A stretch of DNA of 64,000 bases, taken from NCBI GenBank assembly GCA_025966135.1, contig JAOPVP010000038.1:309-64308 (forward strand). Reading direction: 5' to 3'. Positions 55,545-64,000 of this stretch are shown here, in pieces. The position numbers and the translations under genes were made by a program. This DNA is from Frankiales bacterium. Its GTDB lineage: Bacteria; Actinomycetota; Actinomycetes; Mycobacteriales; SCTD01. Under the pieces are notes generated by a model, which saw only the letters and a program-made list of their open reading frames with translations, made no database searches and was not told where the DNA came from. How positions within the stretch are numbered: position 1 is the stretch's first letter; each line of letters begins with the position of its first letter.

Positions 55545-56942
55545 GTGGGGCTGACCGGCCTGCTCGCAGCAGACCCCACGCAGCTGCTTCCCGCCCGGGA
55601 GCAAATGGCCTTCACGCTCGGCTTCCACATCATCGTGGTGCCGTTCGGCACGGCCTTGCCGTTCTTGATGATGGTCGCGAACTACAGGGGCCTGAGGTAC
55701 GCCGACCGGGACGCGCTGCTGCTCGCTGAGCGCTGGTCGAAGGTGGCCGCGGTGCTGTTCGCGGTCGGTGCTGTGTCCGGCACCGTCCTGTCGTTCGAGA
55801 TGGGTCTGCTGTGGCCCGGTCTGATGGGCCGCTTTGGTGCGGCGTACGGCATCCCATTCGCCCTCGAGGGGATCTTCTTTTTCCTGGAGGCCATCTTCAT
55901 CTCGATCTACATCTACGGCTGGAAGCGGTTGCGGCCGTGGCCGCACTTCTGGTCCGGCCTGCCGGTCGTCCTCGCAGGTGTCGGGGGCACGGCATCGGTG
56001 GTGGCCGCGAACGGGTGGATGAACCTGCCCGGCGGGGTCACCGTGCGGGGCGGTCGGGTGGTCGACGTCCGACCGCTCGAGGTCTTCTTCAACCGCGCCT
56101 TCTGGTACGAGTTCCTGCACATGTTCCTGGCGGCCTACATCGTCGCCGGTTTCGTCGTCGCTGCGGTCTACGCGGTCGGGCTGCTCAGGGGCCGCCGCGA
56201 CCGCTACCACCGAGTGGGCTTCCTCATTCCCTTCACCATCGCCGCGGTGGTGACACCGGTCCAGGTGCTCGTCGGGGACCTCGTCGCCCGTGAGGTGTTC
56301 CACCGCGAGCCGGTGAAGTTCGCGGCGATGGAGGCGCTTCAGCACACGCGGGACCACGTCCCCGAGACGCTCGGCGGAGTGGTCGTCGACGGCAAGGTGC
56401 GGTACGGCGTCGAGGTGCCGGACCTGGCCTCCCTGCTGGCCGGGTTCTCGCCCGCGACCCGCGTCCAGGGACTGGACGCCGTACCGCCGGCCGATCAGCC
56501 CTCGCAACACCTGGTGAACGTCGTACACCTGTCCTTCGACATCATGGTCGCGCTGTCGCTCCTGCTGCTCGCCCTGGTCGGGTGGTTCGGACTGAGCTGG
56601 TGGCGGCGCCGGGATCTGCCTCCCAGCCGGTGGTTCCTCCGGGGAGCTGCCTCAAGCGGGGTCCTGGCGGTGGGGGCACTCGAGACGGGCTGGATCGTCA
56701 CCGAGGTGGGTCGACAACCGTGGACGGTCGTCGGCCTGCTGCGCACTGTGGACGCCGTCACGACACACGGCAACGTCTGGCTCTTCTTCACCGGGGTGCT
56801 CATCATCTACATGGCGGTCGGTGCCGGCACTGTGCTGGTGCTGCGCGAGATGCACCGCCGCTGGCAGGCGCAGGACGACGTGGTGGTGCCGTACGGGCCC
56901 CCTGAACGCGGCAGCCCCGCGCGCGAGGCAGTGCCGCCGTGA
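55545..56942 (+). CDS. cydA: Cytochrome bd-type oxidase subunit I
   Basis: FHII, GAVSG..LSFE, LEGIFFFLEA, FLHM, PVKFAAME, FDIMV, EVGRQPW. Confidence 0.93.
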   Translation: MGLTGLLAADPTQLLPAREQMAFTLGFHIIVVPFGTALPFLMMVANYRGLRYADRDALLLAERWSKVAAVLFAVGAVSGTVLSFEMGLLWPGLMGRFGAAYGIPFALEGIFFFLEAIFISIYIYGWKRLRPWPHFWSGLPVVLAGVGGTASVVAANGWMNLPGGVTVRGGRVVDVRPLEVFFNRAFWYEFLHMFLAAYIVAGFVVAAVYAVGLLRGRRDRYHRVGFLIPFTIAAVVTPVQVLVGDLVAREVFHREPVKFAAMEALQHTRDHVPETLGGVVVDGKVRYGVEVPDLASLLAGFSPATRVQGLDAVPPADQPSQHLVNVVHLSFDIMVALSLLLLALVGWFGLSWWRRRDLPPSRWFLRGAASSGVLAVGALETGWIVTEVGRQPWTVVGLLRTVDAVTTHGNVWLFFTGVLIIYMAVGAGTVLVLREMHRRWQAQDDVVVPYGPPERGSPAREAVPP

Positions 56943-57934
56943 GCGACGCCGCCGCCGCGATCCTCCTCACCGGGATACTGCTGTACGTCGTGTTCGCGGG
57001 TGCCGACTTCGGAGCCGGCTTGTGGGGCCTGACCGCTGGAGGCCTGACTCGCGGGCGCCAGCCACGCGCCTTCATGGAGGCCGCCATCGGCCCGGTCTGG
57101 GAGGCCAACCACGTGTGGCTGATCTTCAGCCTTGTGGTGGCCTGGACGAGCTTCCCCTCCGCATTCGCCGCCGCGATGACAACGCTCTACGCGCCCCTCG
57201 GGCTCGCGGCCCTCGGGATCGTCCTGCGCGGCACCGGGTTCGCCTTCCGGAGGGTCGTGATCCGCAGCGAGCAACAGCGCGTCGCAAGCGCCGCGTTCGA
57301 GGTCTCGTCGATCATCACTCCGTTCTTCCTCGGCACGGTGGTCGGCGCTCTCGCCTCCGGGAGGGTGCCTGCCCAGGGCGGGGGGGATGCCCTTCGGAGC
57401 TGGACCGGAGCCACGTCCTTGCTCGCCGGCGGGCTTGCCGTTTCGGCCTCCGCCACTCTGGCCGCGGTGTTCCTCGTCAAGGACGCCCGGCTCAGAGGGG
57501 TCGTCGGCTTGCAGAGCTACTTCGCCCGGCGTGCTCGCGCCTCCGCCGCCGTCGTACTCGTCCTGTCCCTGGTCGGCCTCGCGGTGCTGTCGCACGACGC
57601 GCACCGCCTGACCACTCGTCTGCTGGGCAGAGGACTTCCCCTGTTGCTGCTGGCCCTGGTGGCCGGACTGGGGGCCCTGCTCCTGCTGCGCGCCGGGCGG
57701 CCGTGGGTCGCCCCGCTGCTCGCCGTCGTCGCGGTGGCGTCGCTCGTACTCGCCTGGGGGATCGCGCAGTACCCGTACGTCCTCGGCACCCACCTGAGCA
57801 TCGCCGAGGCCGCTGCACCCAGGCCGACGCTGGTGTCGGTGGCGGTCATCTTCGGCGCCGCCTTGCTGGTCTGCGTGCCGTCGCTGACACTGCTCTACGT
57901 CCTCCACCAGCGCGGGCGACTCGTCGAGCCTTAG
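56939..57934 (+). CDS. cydB: Cytochrome bd-type oxidase subunit II
   Basis: ADFGAG, PVWEANHVWLI, LRGTGFAFR; overlaps the cydA stop. Confidence 0.9.
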   Translation: MSDAAAAILLTGILLYVVFAGADFGAGLWGLTAGGLTRGRQPRAFMEAAIGPVWEANHVWLIFSLVVAWTSFPSAFAAAMTTLYAPLGLAALGIVLRGTGFAFRRVVIRSEQQRVASAAFEVSSIITPFFLGTVVGALASGRVPAQGGGDALRSWTGATSLLAGGLAVSASATLAAVFLVKDARLRGVVGLQSYFARRARASAAVVLVLSLVGLAVLSHDAHRLTTRLLGRGLPLLLLALVAGLGALLLLRAGRPWVAPLLAVVAVASLVLAWGIAQYPYVLGTHLSIAEAAAPRPTLVSVAVIFGAALLVCVPSLTLLYVLHQRGRLVEP

Positions 57935-58021
57935 CAGGAGAGCAACAGAGGACGGGCCTTCCAGTGCTCCAGCACCAGATGCGTCAGCTCAGCCGGCGCC
58001 GGTCCACCAGAAGCAGACTCC

Positions 58022-59284
58022 CTAGCTCGCCGTCGTGCTGGGGCGGCCGGCCAGCACACTGACGCCGGCGAGCAGCGCGAGCACGATCCCCGCGAACCAC
58101 GTCATCACGGTGGTCTCGGTGGTGTAGCGGGCCGCGATACCAATGCCGATGACGGGGGCTGCCAGGCCGAGATAGGAGATGAGGAAGAGACCGGCGAGGG
58201 CTTCGCTGCGCTTGGCCGGACTGGCCATGGCTGCGACGGCCCCGACTGAGGACTTGAACAGCACCCCAGCACCGACACCTACGACGATCCCGGCGACCAC
58301 GAACGCGCCGAGGTTGGCGGTGTGCATGCTGATCGCGAGGACGACCACCCCTACGGCCTCAGCAATCAGCCCCACGAGCCTGCGCGCCCGTGCCTCGAGC
58401 CGACCGGTGAGCGTCTGCGCGAGGGCAGCGGCGCCGAACACGCTGAACGCGATCAGTCCCGCCAGCGCCCGCGACGGGTGATGCAGGGTCCCGCTGATGA
58501 AGCCGGGGGCCAGCGAGGTGAACAGTCCGAAGACCGCGAACGACGCGAAGCCGGCCGCGGAAGCGGCGAGGTAGCCCGCCGGGTCGCCGTGGTCGGTGCT
58601 GATCCGCTGCGGCCGGTACACCGGCTTCACGAACCCCTCCTCGACGGTCTCAGGCGTGAGGACGACGGCGGCGATGCCGACCAGCAGCAGGACGCCGAAG
58701 ACGATGTAGGGCAGGCGCAGCGGTGCGCCCAGGTACTGGGCGAGGATGCCGGAGATGAGCGGCCCGACGCCGATGCCGCCGATGTTCGCCGCCGTGGACA
58801 CGATCTCGAACCGCTGCGCTGTAGCGCCGGGGCGGTGGATGCTGTGCAGCTCCTGCATGTGTGCGGTCGCGGTCGCGGTGACCATGCCGACACCGAGGCC
58901 GCTGATCACCCTGGCAACGATCAGGACCGACAGCGGCGGCTCGACGATGAACAGGGCGGCGGCGGCCAGCTCGAGAGTCAACGCGGCCAGCAGGACCTTC
59001 TTGCGGCCGACCCAGTCCGAGACGTGCCCGGCCAGCAGCAAGCTCGCCAGCACGCCGGCTGCATATGTGGCGAAGACGACGGTGACCATGAAGGTGGAGA
59101 AGCCGTCGCGCGCCTGGTACAGCGGGTAGAGCGGCGTCGGGACGGCGGCGAACGCCATGGCGGTGAGGAACGCGAAAGCGATGAACCAGAAACCGAGGCC
59201 GTGTTTGCGGGCCGACCGGGCGTCCTGCGACACGGCAGCAGCGGAGGGTGAGCGAGGAGCGCGCGAGGGCGCGAACGACGGCAT
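58022..59284 (-). CDS. MFS transporter
   Basis: PTPLYPLY, VFATYA, GHVSDWVGRK, about 12 TM segments. Confidence 0.9.
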   Translation of the reverse strand: MPSFAPSRAPRSPSAAAVSQDARSARKHGLGFWFIAFAFLTAMAFAAVPTPLYPLYQARDGFSTFMVTVVFATYAAGVLASLLLAGHVSDWVGRKKVLLAALTLELAAAALFIVEPPLSVLIVARVISGLGVGMVTATATAHMQELHSIHRPGATAQRFEIVSTAANIGGIGVGPLISGILAQYLGAPLRLPYIVFGVLLLVGIAAVVLTPETVEEGFVKPVYRPQRISTDHGDPAGYLAASAAGFASFAVFGLFTSLAPGFISGTLHHPSRALAGLIAFSVFGAAALAQTLTGRLEARARRLVGLIAEAVGVVVLAISMHTANLGAFVVAGIVVGVGAGVLFKSSVGAVAAMASPAKRSEALAGLFLISYLGLAAPVIGIGIAARYTTETTVMTWFAGIVLALLAGVSVLAGRPSTTAS

Positions 59285-59369
59285 GGAGGATCTCCCATTC
59301 TTGACGTTGCCTGATCGGGCTTGAGCGGGCTCCGCCGCCCCGGGTCGGACACCGGGGCGGCGGAGGACT

Positions 59370-60059
59370 TCAGACCAGCTGTCCGCGGGCCTCGGCCCAC
59401 TTGACCTCGGCTCCGGCCCCGTCGCCACCGGTGGCCTCCGCCTGGGCGCGGAACACCGACTCGACGACCGCGGCGTAGCCCGGGCTCACACTCCCGTAGA
59501 CGGCCGCCCAGTCGGCCGCGTCGTCACGGGCCCAGGTCTGCTGCAGCTCTGCGGCCACGCCGAGGACATCGACGACCTTCACGCCGGCGCGGCTCAGGCG
59601 CTCGATCGAGATCCGCTGGGCCTCCTCGGAGTAGGTGCCCGAGGCATCGATGACGGCGTACACCTCGTAGCCCTCGGCCAAGGCCGCCAGCGCGGGCTCC
59701 ACGACACAGATGCTGGTCATGATGCCGGCGATGAGCAGCGTACGGCGGCCGGTGTCTGCGACGGCGCGGCGGAAGCCCTCCACGTCCCACGCGTTGATCT
59801 GGCCCTGACGCCGGACATACGTCGCCTTCGGCGCGTTGTCGAGCACCTCCGGGATGAGCGGGCCGTTGGGCCCGTCAGGCACCGACGCGGTGGCGATCAC
59901 GGGGACGCCGGCCAGGGTGGCGGCCTTGGCCAGGACGGCGACGTTGTTCCGCAGCTCGTGGACGTTGGTGTGATTGACGATCTGCAGCAGTCCGCTCTGG
60001 TGGTCGACCAGCAGCAGCACGCTGTCCGCGGGGTCGATAAGGCCATTGTTGTTCGACAC
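59370..60059 (-). CDS. Isochorismatase family cysteine hydrolase (YcaC-like)
   Basis: LLVDHQ, GPNGPLIPE, RQGQINAW, TSICV, DASGT; GTG 60059 after AAGGAGAG. Confidence 0.9.
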   Translation of the reverse strand: MSNNNGLIDPADSVLLLVDHQSGLLQIVNHTNVHELRNNVAVLAKAATLAGVPVIATASVPDGPNGPLIPEVLDNAPKATYVRRQGQINAWDVEGFRRAVADTGRRTLLIAGIMTSICVVEPALAALAEGYEVYAVIDASGTYSEEAQRISIERLSRAGVKVVDVLGVAAELQQTWARDDAADWAAVYGSVSPGYAAVVESVFRAQAEATGGDGAGAEVKWAEARGQLV

Positions 60060-60202
60060 GGTCTCTCTCCTTCGATGAGGGAAGGCAGCGCACCACTGCA
60101 TGTGTGCGGTGCCAGCAGCTCCGTCCGCTGCTACTGACCTGTTCAACCAGACGCCCGGACTGATTGCTTCCGATCTTGAAGAGATGAATCGTGATGACGA
60201 TA

Positions 60203-60217
60203 ATCTCTCATGCAGAT
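60203..60217. promoter_or_regulatory. Possible LysR box
   Basis: ATC-N9-GAT (T-N11-A) just upstream of the LysR gene in the divergent region. Confidence 0.35.
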
Positions 60218-60235
60218 GAGCGACCGAGGAGGATC

Positions 60236-61096
60236 ATGGATCTCCGCCAGATGCAGTTCGTCGTCGCGGTCGCCGAGGAAGGTGGCTTCAGCGCAGCAGC
60301 ACGACGCTTGCACGTCGTGCAGTCCGCAGTGTCCGGCACGGTCCGGGTTCTGGAGCGCGAGCTGGGAGTGAAGCTGTTCCACCGGACCACACACCGGGTA
60401 TCCCTGACCCCCGCGGGCGAGGCGTTCCTGCCGGCGGCACGGGCGACGCTGCAGGCCGCCGAGCAGGCCCGCGCAGCTGTCGATGTGCTGAAGGGCGAGC
60501 TCCGCGGCCAGATCAAGGTCGGTGTGATGCAGGGCCTCTATGCCGGTCTGCACGAAGCCCTGGCCAGCTTCCACGAGCAACACCCCAGCGTGGTGGTCAA
60601 GCTTCGGCAGGCGCAGGCCGAGGACATCCGGCAGGCCGTCCGCGACGGCACCGTCGACCTGGCGTTGGTCGCGCTGGACCGCGAGCAGCAGCGCGGACTG
60701 GAGACCCGGCTGCTGTCGCAAGAGGAGCTGGTCCTGATCACCGCACCGACCCGTCGCCTACCGAAGGGCAGATCGGTGACCCTCGCGGAAGTAGCCACCC
60801 TGCCGCTGGTGGATTTCCCAGTCGGGTGGGCGATCCGCTACTCGGTCGACCGCGCCTTTCGCGCGGCGCTTGTCGAACGCACCACGACGTTCGAGGTCAA
60901 CGATGTGCTGGCGGCCACGGACCTCGTCCGTCATGACCTGGGCGTCTGCATCCTGCCGGAGTCGCTCGCCGCGCGCTTCCCCGACCTGGCCGTCCGGCGG
61001 TTCACCGCGCATGCGCCCACGTGGAAGGTGATGGTGGTGCGCCCCCGAGGCGAGGCATCGCCCGCGGTCGCCGCGCTCCTCCGCCACATCAAGTAG
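60236..61096 (+). CDS. LysR family transcriptional regulator
   Basis: MDLRQMQFVVAVAEEGGFSAAARRLHVVQSAVS..LERELGVKLF.RT..V.LT.AG. Confidence 0.95.
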   Translation: MDLRQMQFVVAVAEEGGFSAAARRLHVVQSAVSGTVRVLERELGVKLFHRTTHRVSLTPAGEAFLPAARATLQAAEQARAAVDVLKGELRGQIKVGVMQGLYAGLHEALASFHEQHPSVVVKLRQAQAEDIRQAVRDGTVDLALVALDREQQRGLETRLLSQEELVLITAPTRRLPKGRSVTLAEVATLPLVDFPVGWAIRYSVDRAFRAALVERTTTFEVNDVLAATDLVRHDLGVCILPESLAARFPDLAVRRFTAHAPTWKVMVVRPRGEASPAVAALLRHIK

Positions 61097-61165
61097 GTGG
61101 CAGGTCGCAAGCGAGACCGGCGGGGAGGCGGGACGGGTCACCCGGGCTCGCCGGTGGGCACATCG

Positions 61166-61801
61166 TCAGGGGCGCAGGCGGAAAGGTGGGTATCCGTCGG
61201 TGACCAGGATGAAGGCGTACCCGAGGACGCGGTTGTGCCAGCGAATCACGCCCTCGACGTAGTCGAAGAGCCCGCGCGGGTAGCGGCCCGTGAACAGGAT
61301 GGCGAACCACGCCCCGATCACCACGAAGAGCAGGCCGACGTACAGGAAGAAGAGGACGACGTAGTGCGGAATCGCAAGGAACCACTTCACCAGCGGTAGC
61401 CAGCGGTTCAGCCCCTGGTGCGCGTCGGGGTAGCTGAAGTCCAGGTGGACCGACTGCTGCTCATCGGTCGAGGGGTAGCGGTCATCCATCAACGCGACGT
61501 ACACGCCGACGCGGTTGGTGAAGCGCAGCAGTTCGAGATTCCAGTCAAACCACCAGCGCGGGTACTTCTGCCGGAACAGGATCATCAGCAGCGGAGGCAA
61601 GAACAACAGCCCCGTGCCGCCAACCGCGATGACGGTCGTGCCCGAGCCGGTGCCGACGCCGCCGCCGCTCCGGTAGCCGCCGATGGTCGCGAGCACGATG
61701 GCGATCGGGATGACCGCGAAGATGCGAAAGGCCGTTGTGAGACGGTCGAGCTCACGGTCCGGGTAGTCGACTGAGAACCGCACAGGATGGTCGTCGTTCA
61801 T
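61166..61801 (-). CDS. DUF4389 domain membrane protein
   Basis: Two internal repeats: YPRWWFD..RV..Y..DRYP and YPRGLFD..RV..Y..DGYPPF. Confidence 0.88.
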   Translation of the reverse strand: MNDDHPVRFSVDYPDRELDRLTTAFRIFAVIPIAIVLATIGGYRSGGGVGTGSGTTVIAVGGTGLLFLPPLLMILFRQKYPRWWFDWNLELLRFTNRVGVYVALMDDRYPSTDEQQSVHLDFSYPDAHQGLNRWLPLVKWFLAIPHYVVLFFLYVGLLFVVIGAWFAILFTGRYPRGLFDYVEGVIRWHNRVLGYAFILVTDGYPPFRLRP

Positions 61802-62172
61802 GTCATCACTCCTGTCACCGGTCCTGGTCTGCTTTCGCTCCCAGCAGCCGCTTGTTGAAGCTGGTCACGTCCCTGTTGCCGGCCACCTCGGCTAGGTCGG
61901 ACCCGGGCCGGATGACCGCAGAAGTGCGAGCGGCCTCGGGTCGCGCCCATCTGGCAGGCCCCGGCGATCACCTGAGACTCGCGCGAGGCCGCAGACAGGT
62001 GACCCTTCCGGTGGTTCACGCAAGGTATCGCGCTGGCCCCAGTGGTGGGGTTCACGGCTTGGAGAGTTGAACCGGGAGAGGTCCTCGATCCCGGTCACGA
62101 TCTTCATCTCCCGCCCGTCGGGCAGGGTGTGACAGCGGGCTGTCGCTCCGGTGGGTGACAGCGAGGCATGAC

Positions 62173-63189
62173 ATGCACCACGATCTGCCGGTGACCCCTC
62201 TGCCGCTGTTGCTGTTCGACGGCGACCGGACCACCGAGGTGATGGCCCAGGCCGACGGACGCGACCTCCGCCTGGACGCCGCAGCCGTGCTCGCGGCGAC
62301 CGGCTGGGAGCTGGCGCCGTACGGCCTGTGCCGGGGCGACGTGTGCATCCCGGAGAGGCTCACCGACCCGGTGCCCCTCCGCGCGCTCGCCGCCGCGCTG
62401 CAGCGGCCGCTTGCGGTCGAGGTCCTGGCGGACCGGGCCGTGGCCATCCTGGGGGAAGCCGGCGGTCGGACCGTCCGGGCAGGCGACGTCGCACCGGCTG
62501 TCACGCTGCCCGACGTCGACGGCCAACCGGTCACCATCACCGGCAGCGGGCGCAAGACTGCCGTCGTCGCCTGGGCGACGTGGTGCGGCTGCCGCTACGA
62601 GCTGCCCGCCTGGAAGGCGCTTGCGCAGGAGCTGGCCCCCGAGGGCCTCGACGTGATCACGGTCGCGCTCGACGCGGACCCTGAGGCGGTGCGTTCCTGG
62701 GCCGAGACAGCGGGCCTGCCCGTGGTCGTGGACCGCGAGCACCGGCTCTGCGACCTGTTCGGCGTCGTCAACGTGCCCTCCACCGTGTGGCTCGACGAGC
62801 AGGACCGGGTCGTCAAACCACCGACGATCGCACCCGGCGACGACCAGTTCGTCGAGTTCACCCAGGTGCCGTCCGACCAGCACCACGAGGCGCTGCGCCG
62901 GTGGGTCCGTGAAGGCGTCCTGCCGGCGGTGCCGGGCGACGGCCCCGACGACGAGCGCCTGCGCACGGCCCGCACCGAGCGCCGCCTCGCTGCCTGGTTG
63001 CACCGCCACGGCCAGCTCGACGCCGCGGAGCAGCACTTCGAGGCGGCGGTCGCCAGGGCGCCGCTCGACTTCACGATCAACCGCGCCTCGATGCCCCTGC
63101 GGGGCCAGGACCCGTTCGGGACCGAGTTCTTCACGCTCTGGGAGGAGTGGCAGCAGGCCGGGCGGCCCGGCTACCAGGCCACCACCTGA
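62173..63189 (+). CDS. Thioredoxin-fold redoxin (ResA/TlpA-like), Cys form of the WAxxUGC family
   Basis: APAVTLPDVDG, AWATWCGCRYELPAW, VNVPSTVWLDE, GQDPFG; N-terminal GWEL..GLCRGDVCIP domain. Confidence 0.8.
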   Translation: MHHDLPVTPLPLLLFDGDRTTEVMAQADGRDLRLDAAAVLAATGWELAPYGLCRGDVCIPERLTDPVPLRALAAALQRPLAVEVLADRAVAILGEAGGRTVRAGDVAPAVTLPDVDGQPVTITGSGRKTAVVAWATWCGCRYELPAWKALAQELAPEGLDVITVALDADPEAVRSWAETAGLPVVVDREHRLCDLFGVVNVPSTVWLDEQDRVVKPPTIAPGDDQFVEFTQVPSDQHHEALRRWVREGVLPAVPGDGPDDERLRTARTERRLAAWLHRHGQLDAAEQHFEAAVARAPLDFTINRASMPLRGQDPFGTEFFTLWEEWQQAGRPGYQATT

Positions 63190-63247
63190 GAAGTCCCTGA
63201 CTGTGCCACCCGCCGCCTACCGCACGTAGGTCCTCGCGGCCCTCTCA

Positions 63248-63820
63248 TCACACGGGTTGAGGCACCTCCCGTAGTGGTGCGAGCGCCGCGCTCCACGCCA
63301 GCAGCTGCTCGATCAGGGTGTCAAGGGCCTGCACCTGGTAAGCGCCGGGCGCCAGGTCCGTGAAGTTGACGAAGTCGGTGAACATCGAGAGCGCGACGTT
63401 CGTGCGGACGTCCGCCATCTGCAGCTCCCCGGCGATCAGCCGAAGGTGCTCTGCGGCGCGGGCACCGCCCACTGCGCCGTAGGAGACGACACCAACGGCC
63501 TTGTTGTTCCACTCGGCGTACAGGTAGTCGATCGCGTTCTTGAGAACCCCTGAGGTGGAGTGGTTGTACTCCGGCGTGACGAAGATGAAGCCGTCGTACT
63601 GGCCGATGGTGGCGGCCCAGTCGCGCGTGTGCTGGTTCTGGTACTGACCCATCGACGGCGGCAACGGCTCGTCCATGTGCGGCAACGGATAGTCGACCAG
63701 GTCGATCAGATCGAACTGGGCGTCGTCGCGCTGGGTCGCGATGCCCATCACCCAGCGGGCGACTTGTTCGCCTCTGCGGCCCGGGCGAGTGCTTCCGAGG
63801 ATGACGCCGATCCTGGTCAT
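63248..63820 (-). CDS. NADPH-dependent FMN reductase
   Basis: GSTRPGR, VTPEYNHS.SGVLKNAID, VSYG..GG.RA. Confidence 0.93.
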   Translation of the reverse strand: MTRIGVILGSTRPGRRGEQVARWVMGIATQRDDAQFDLIDLVDYPLPHMDEPLPPSMGQYQNQHTRDWAATIGQYDGFIFVTPEYNHSTSGVLKNAIDYLYAEWNNKAVGVVSYGAVGGARAAEHLRLIAGELQMADVRTNVALSMFTDFVNFTDLAPGAYQVQALDTLIEQLLAWSAALAPLREVPQPV

Positions 63821-63888
63821 GTGCTGCTCCACTGTCTGATGTCTCGGAGTGATCTCACGTGGCGAGCCCGTCCTCGAGCGACGGGCAG

Positions 63889-63942
63889 ACTTGAATGTTC
63901 AACTTGAACGTACTCGCATGACTTGAACTGTCAAGTCATGCG
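63889..63942. promoter_or_regulatory. Tandem TTGA-N4-TCAA operators (MarR-like)
   Basis: ACTTGA-ATGT-TCAACT (63889-63904) and the perfect CGCATGACTTGA-ACTG-TCAAGTCATGCG (63915-63942); TATGGT -10 at 63944-63949. Confidence 0.7.
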
Positions 63943-63955
63943 TTATGGTTCTCGC

Positions 63956-64000
63956 ATGCCGCGCTCCACCGCCAAGTCATCAAAGACGGCCACGCCCGAG
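63956..64000 (+). CDS. Start of a divergent gene (possibly a regulator), truncated by right edge
   Basis: ATG 6 nt after TATGGT; MPRSTAKSSKTATPE is open to the window end. Identity inferred from context only. Confidence 0.35.
   Translation, partial: MPRSTAKSSKTATPE

Noticed and set aside
61802-62172. Intergenic region with a short ORF (MKIVTGIEDLSRF) and repeated GTGACAGCG words
   Set aside because: No family recognised, and the repeats are too short to support a call.
1-64000. CRISPR arrays, tRNA (including tRNA-Sec), rRNA, transposases, integrases and defence systems
   Set aside because: I found no repeat-spacer pattern, tRNA signature or corresponding protein motifs by eye; a tRNA/ncRNA scan would be needed to exclude them fully.

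Overview
High-GC window, apparently actinobacterial, dominated by transport and catabolic operons. I see no rRNA, tRNA, CRISPR array or mobile element. From left to right: (1) a tautomerase-cyclase-GlcG-SDR-Liv ABC operon running off the left edge; (2) an ECF sigma factor and its partner; (3) an M20 amidohydrolase-Fe-ADH-sugar ABC-ALDH operon with an atypical regulator; (4) phospholipase D, MFS, TauE, a decayed threonine dehydratase fragment, NagZ-like GH3 and aldose epimerase; (5) a formate dehydrogenase operon whose alpha subunit has an in-frame UGA (selenocysteine) and a SECIS-like hairpin; (6) a PfkB kinase / class II aldolase / TetR / flavin amine oxidase / SRPBCC module tied together by a shared TGAAC-N9-GTTCA operator; (7) a LacI-controlled 11-gene catabolic operon (Liv ABC, beta-hydroxyacid dehydrogenase, non-canonical M24 enzyme, SSADH, VOC protein, fused E1, E2); (8) two c-di-GMP enzymes flanking a degenerate c-di-GMP-I-riboswitch-like element; (9) cupin, an MFS remnant, cydAB, MFS-YcaC-LysR, DUF4389, a Cys form of the WAxxUGC selenoprotein family and an FMN reductase. 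The best candidates for undescribed systems are modules 6 and 7. Family calls come from motif recognition by eye, and start codons are manually chosen estimates.
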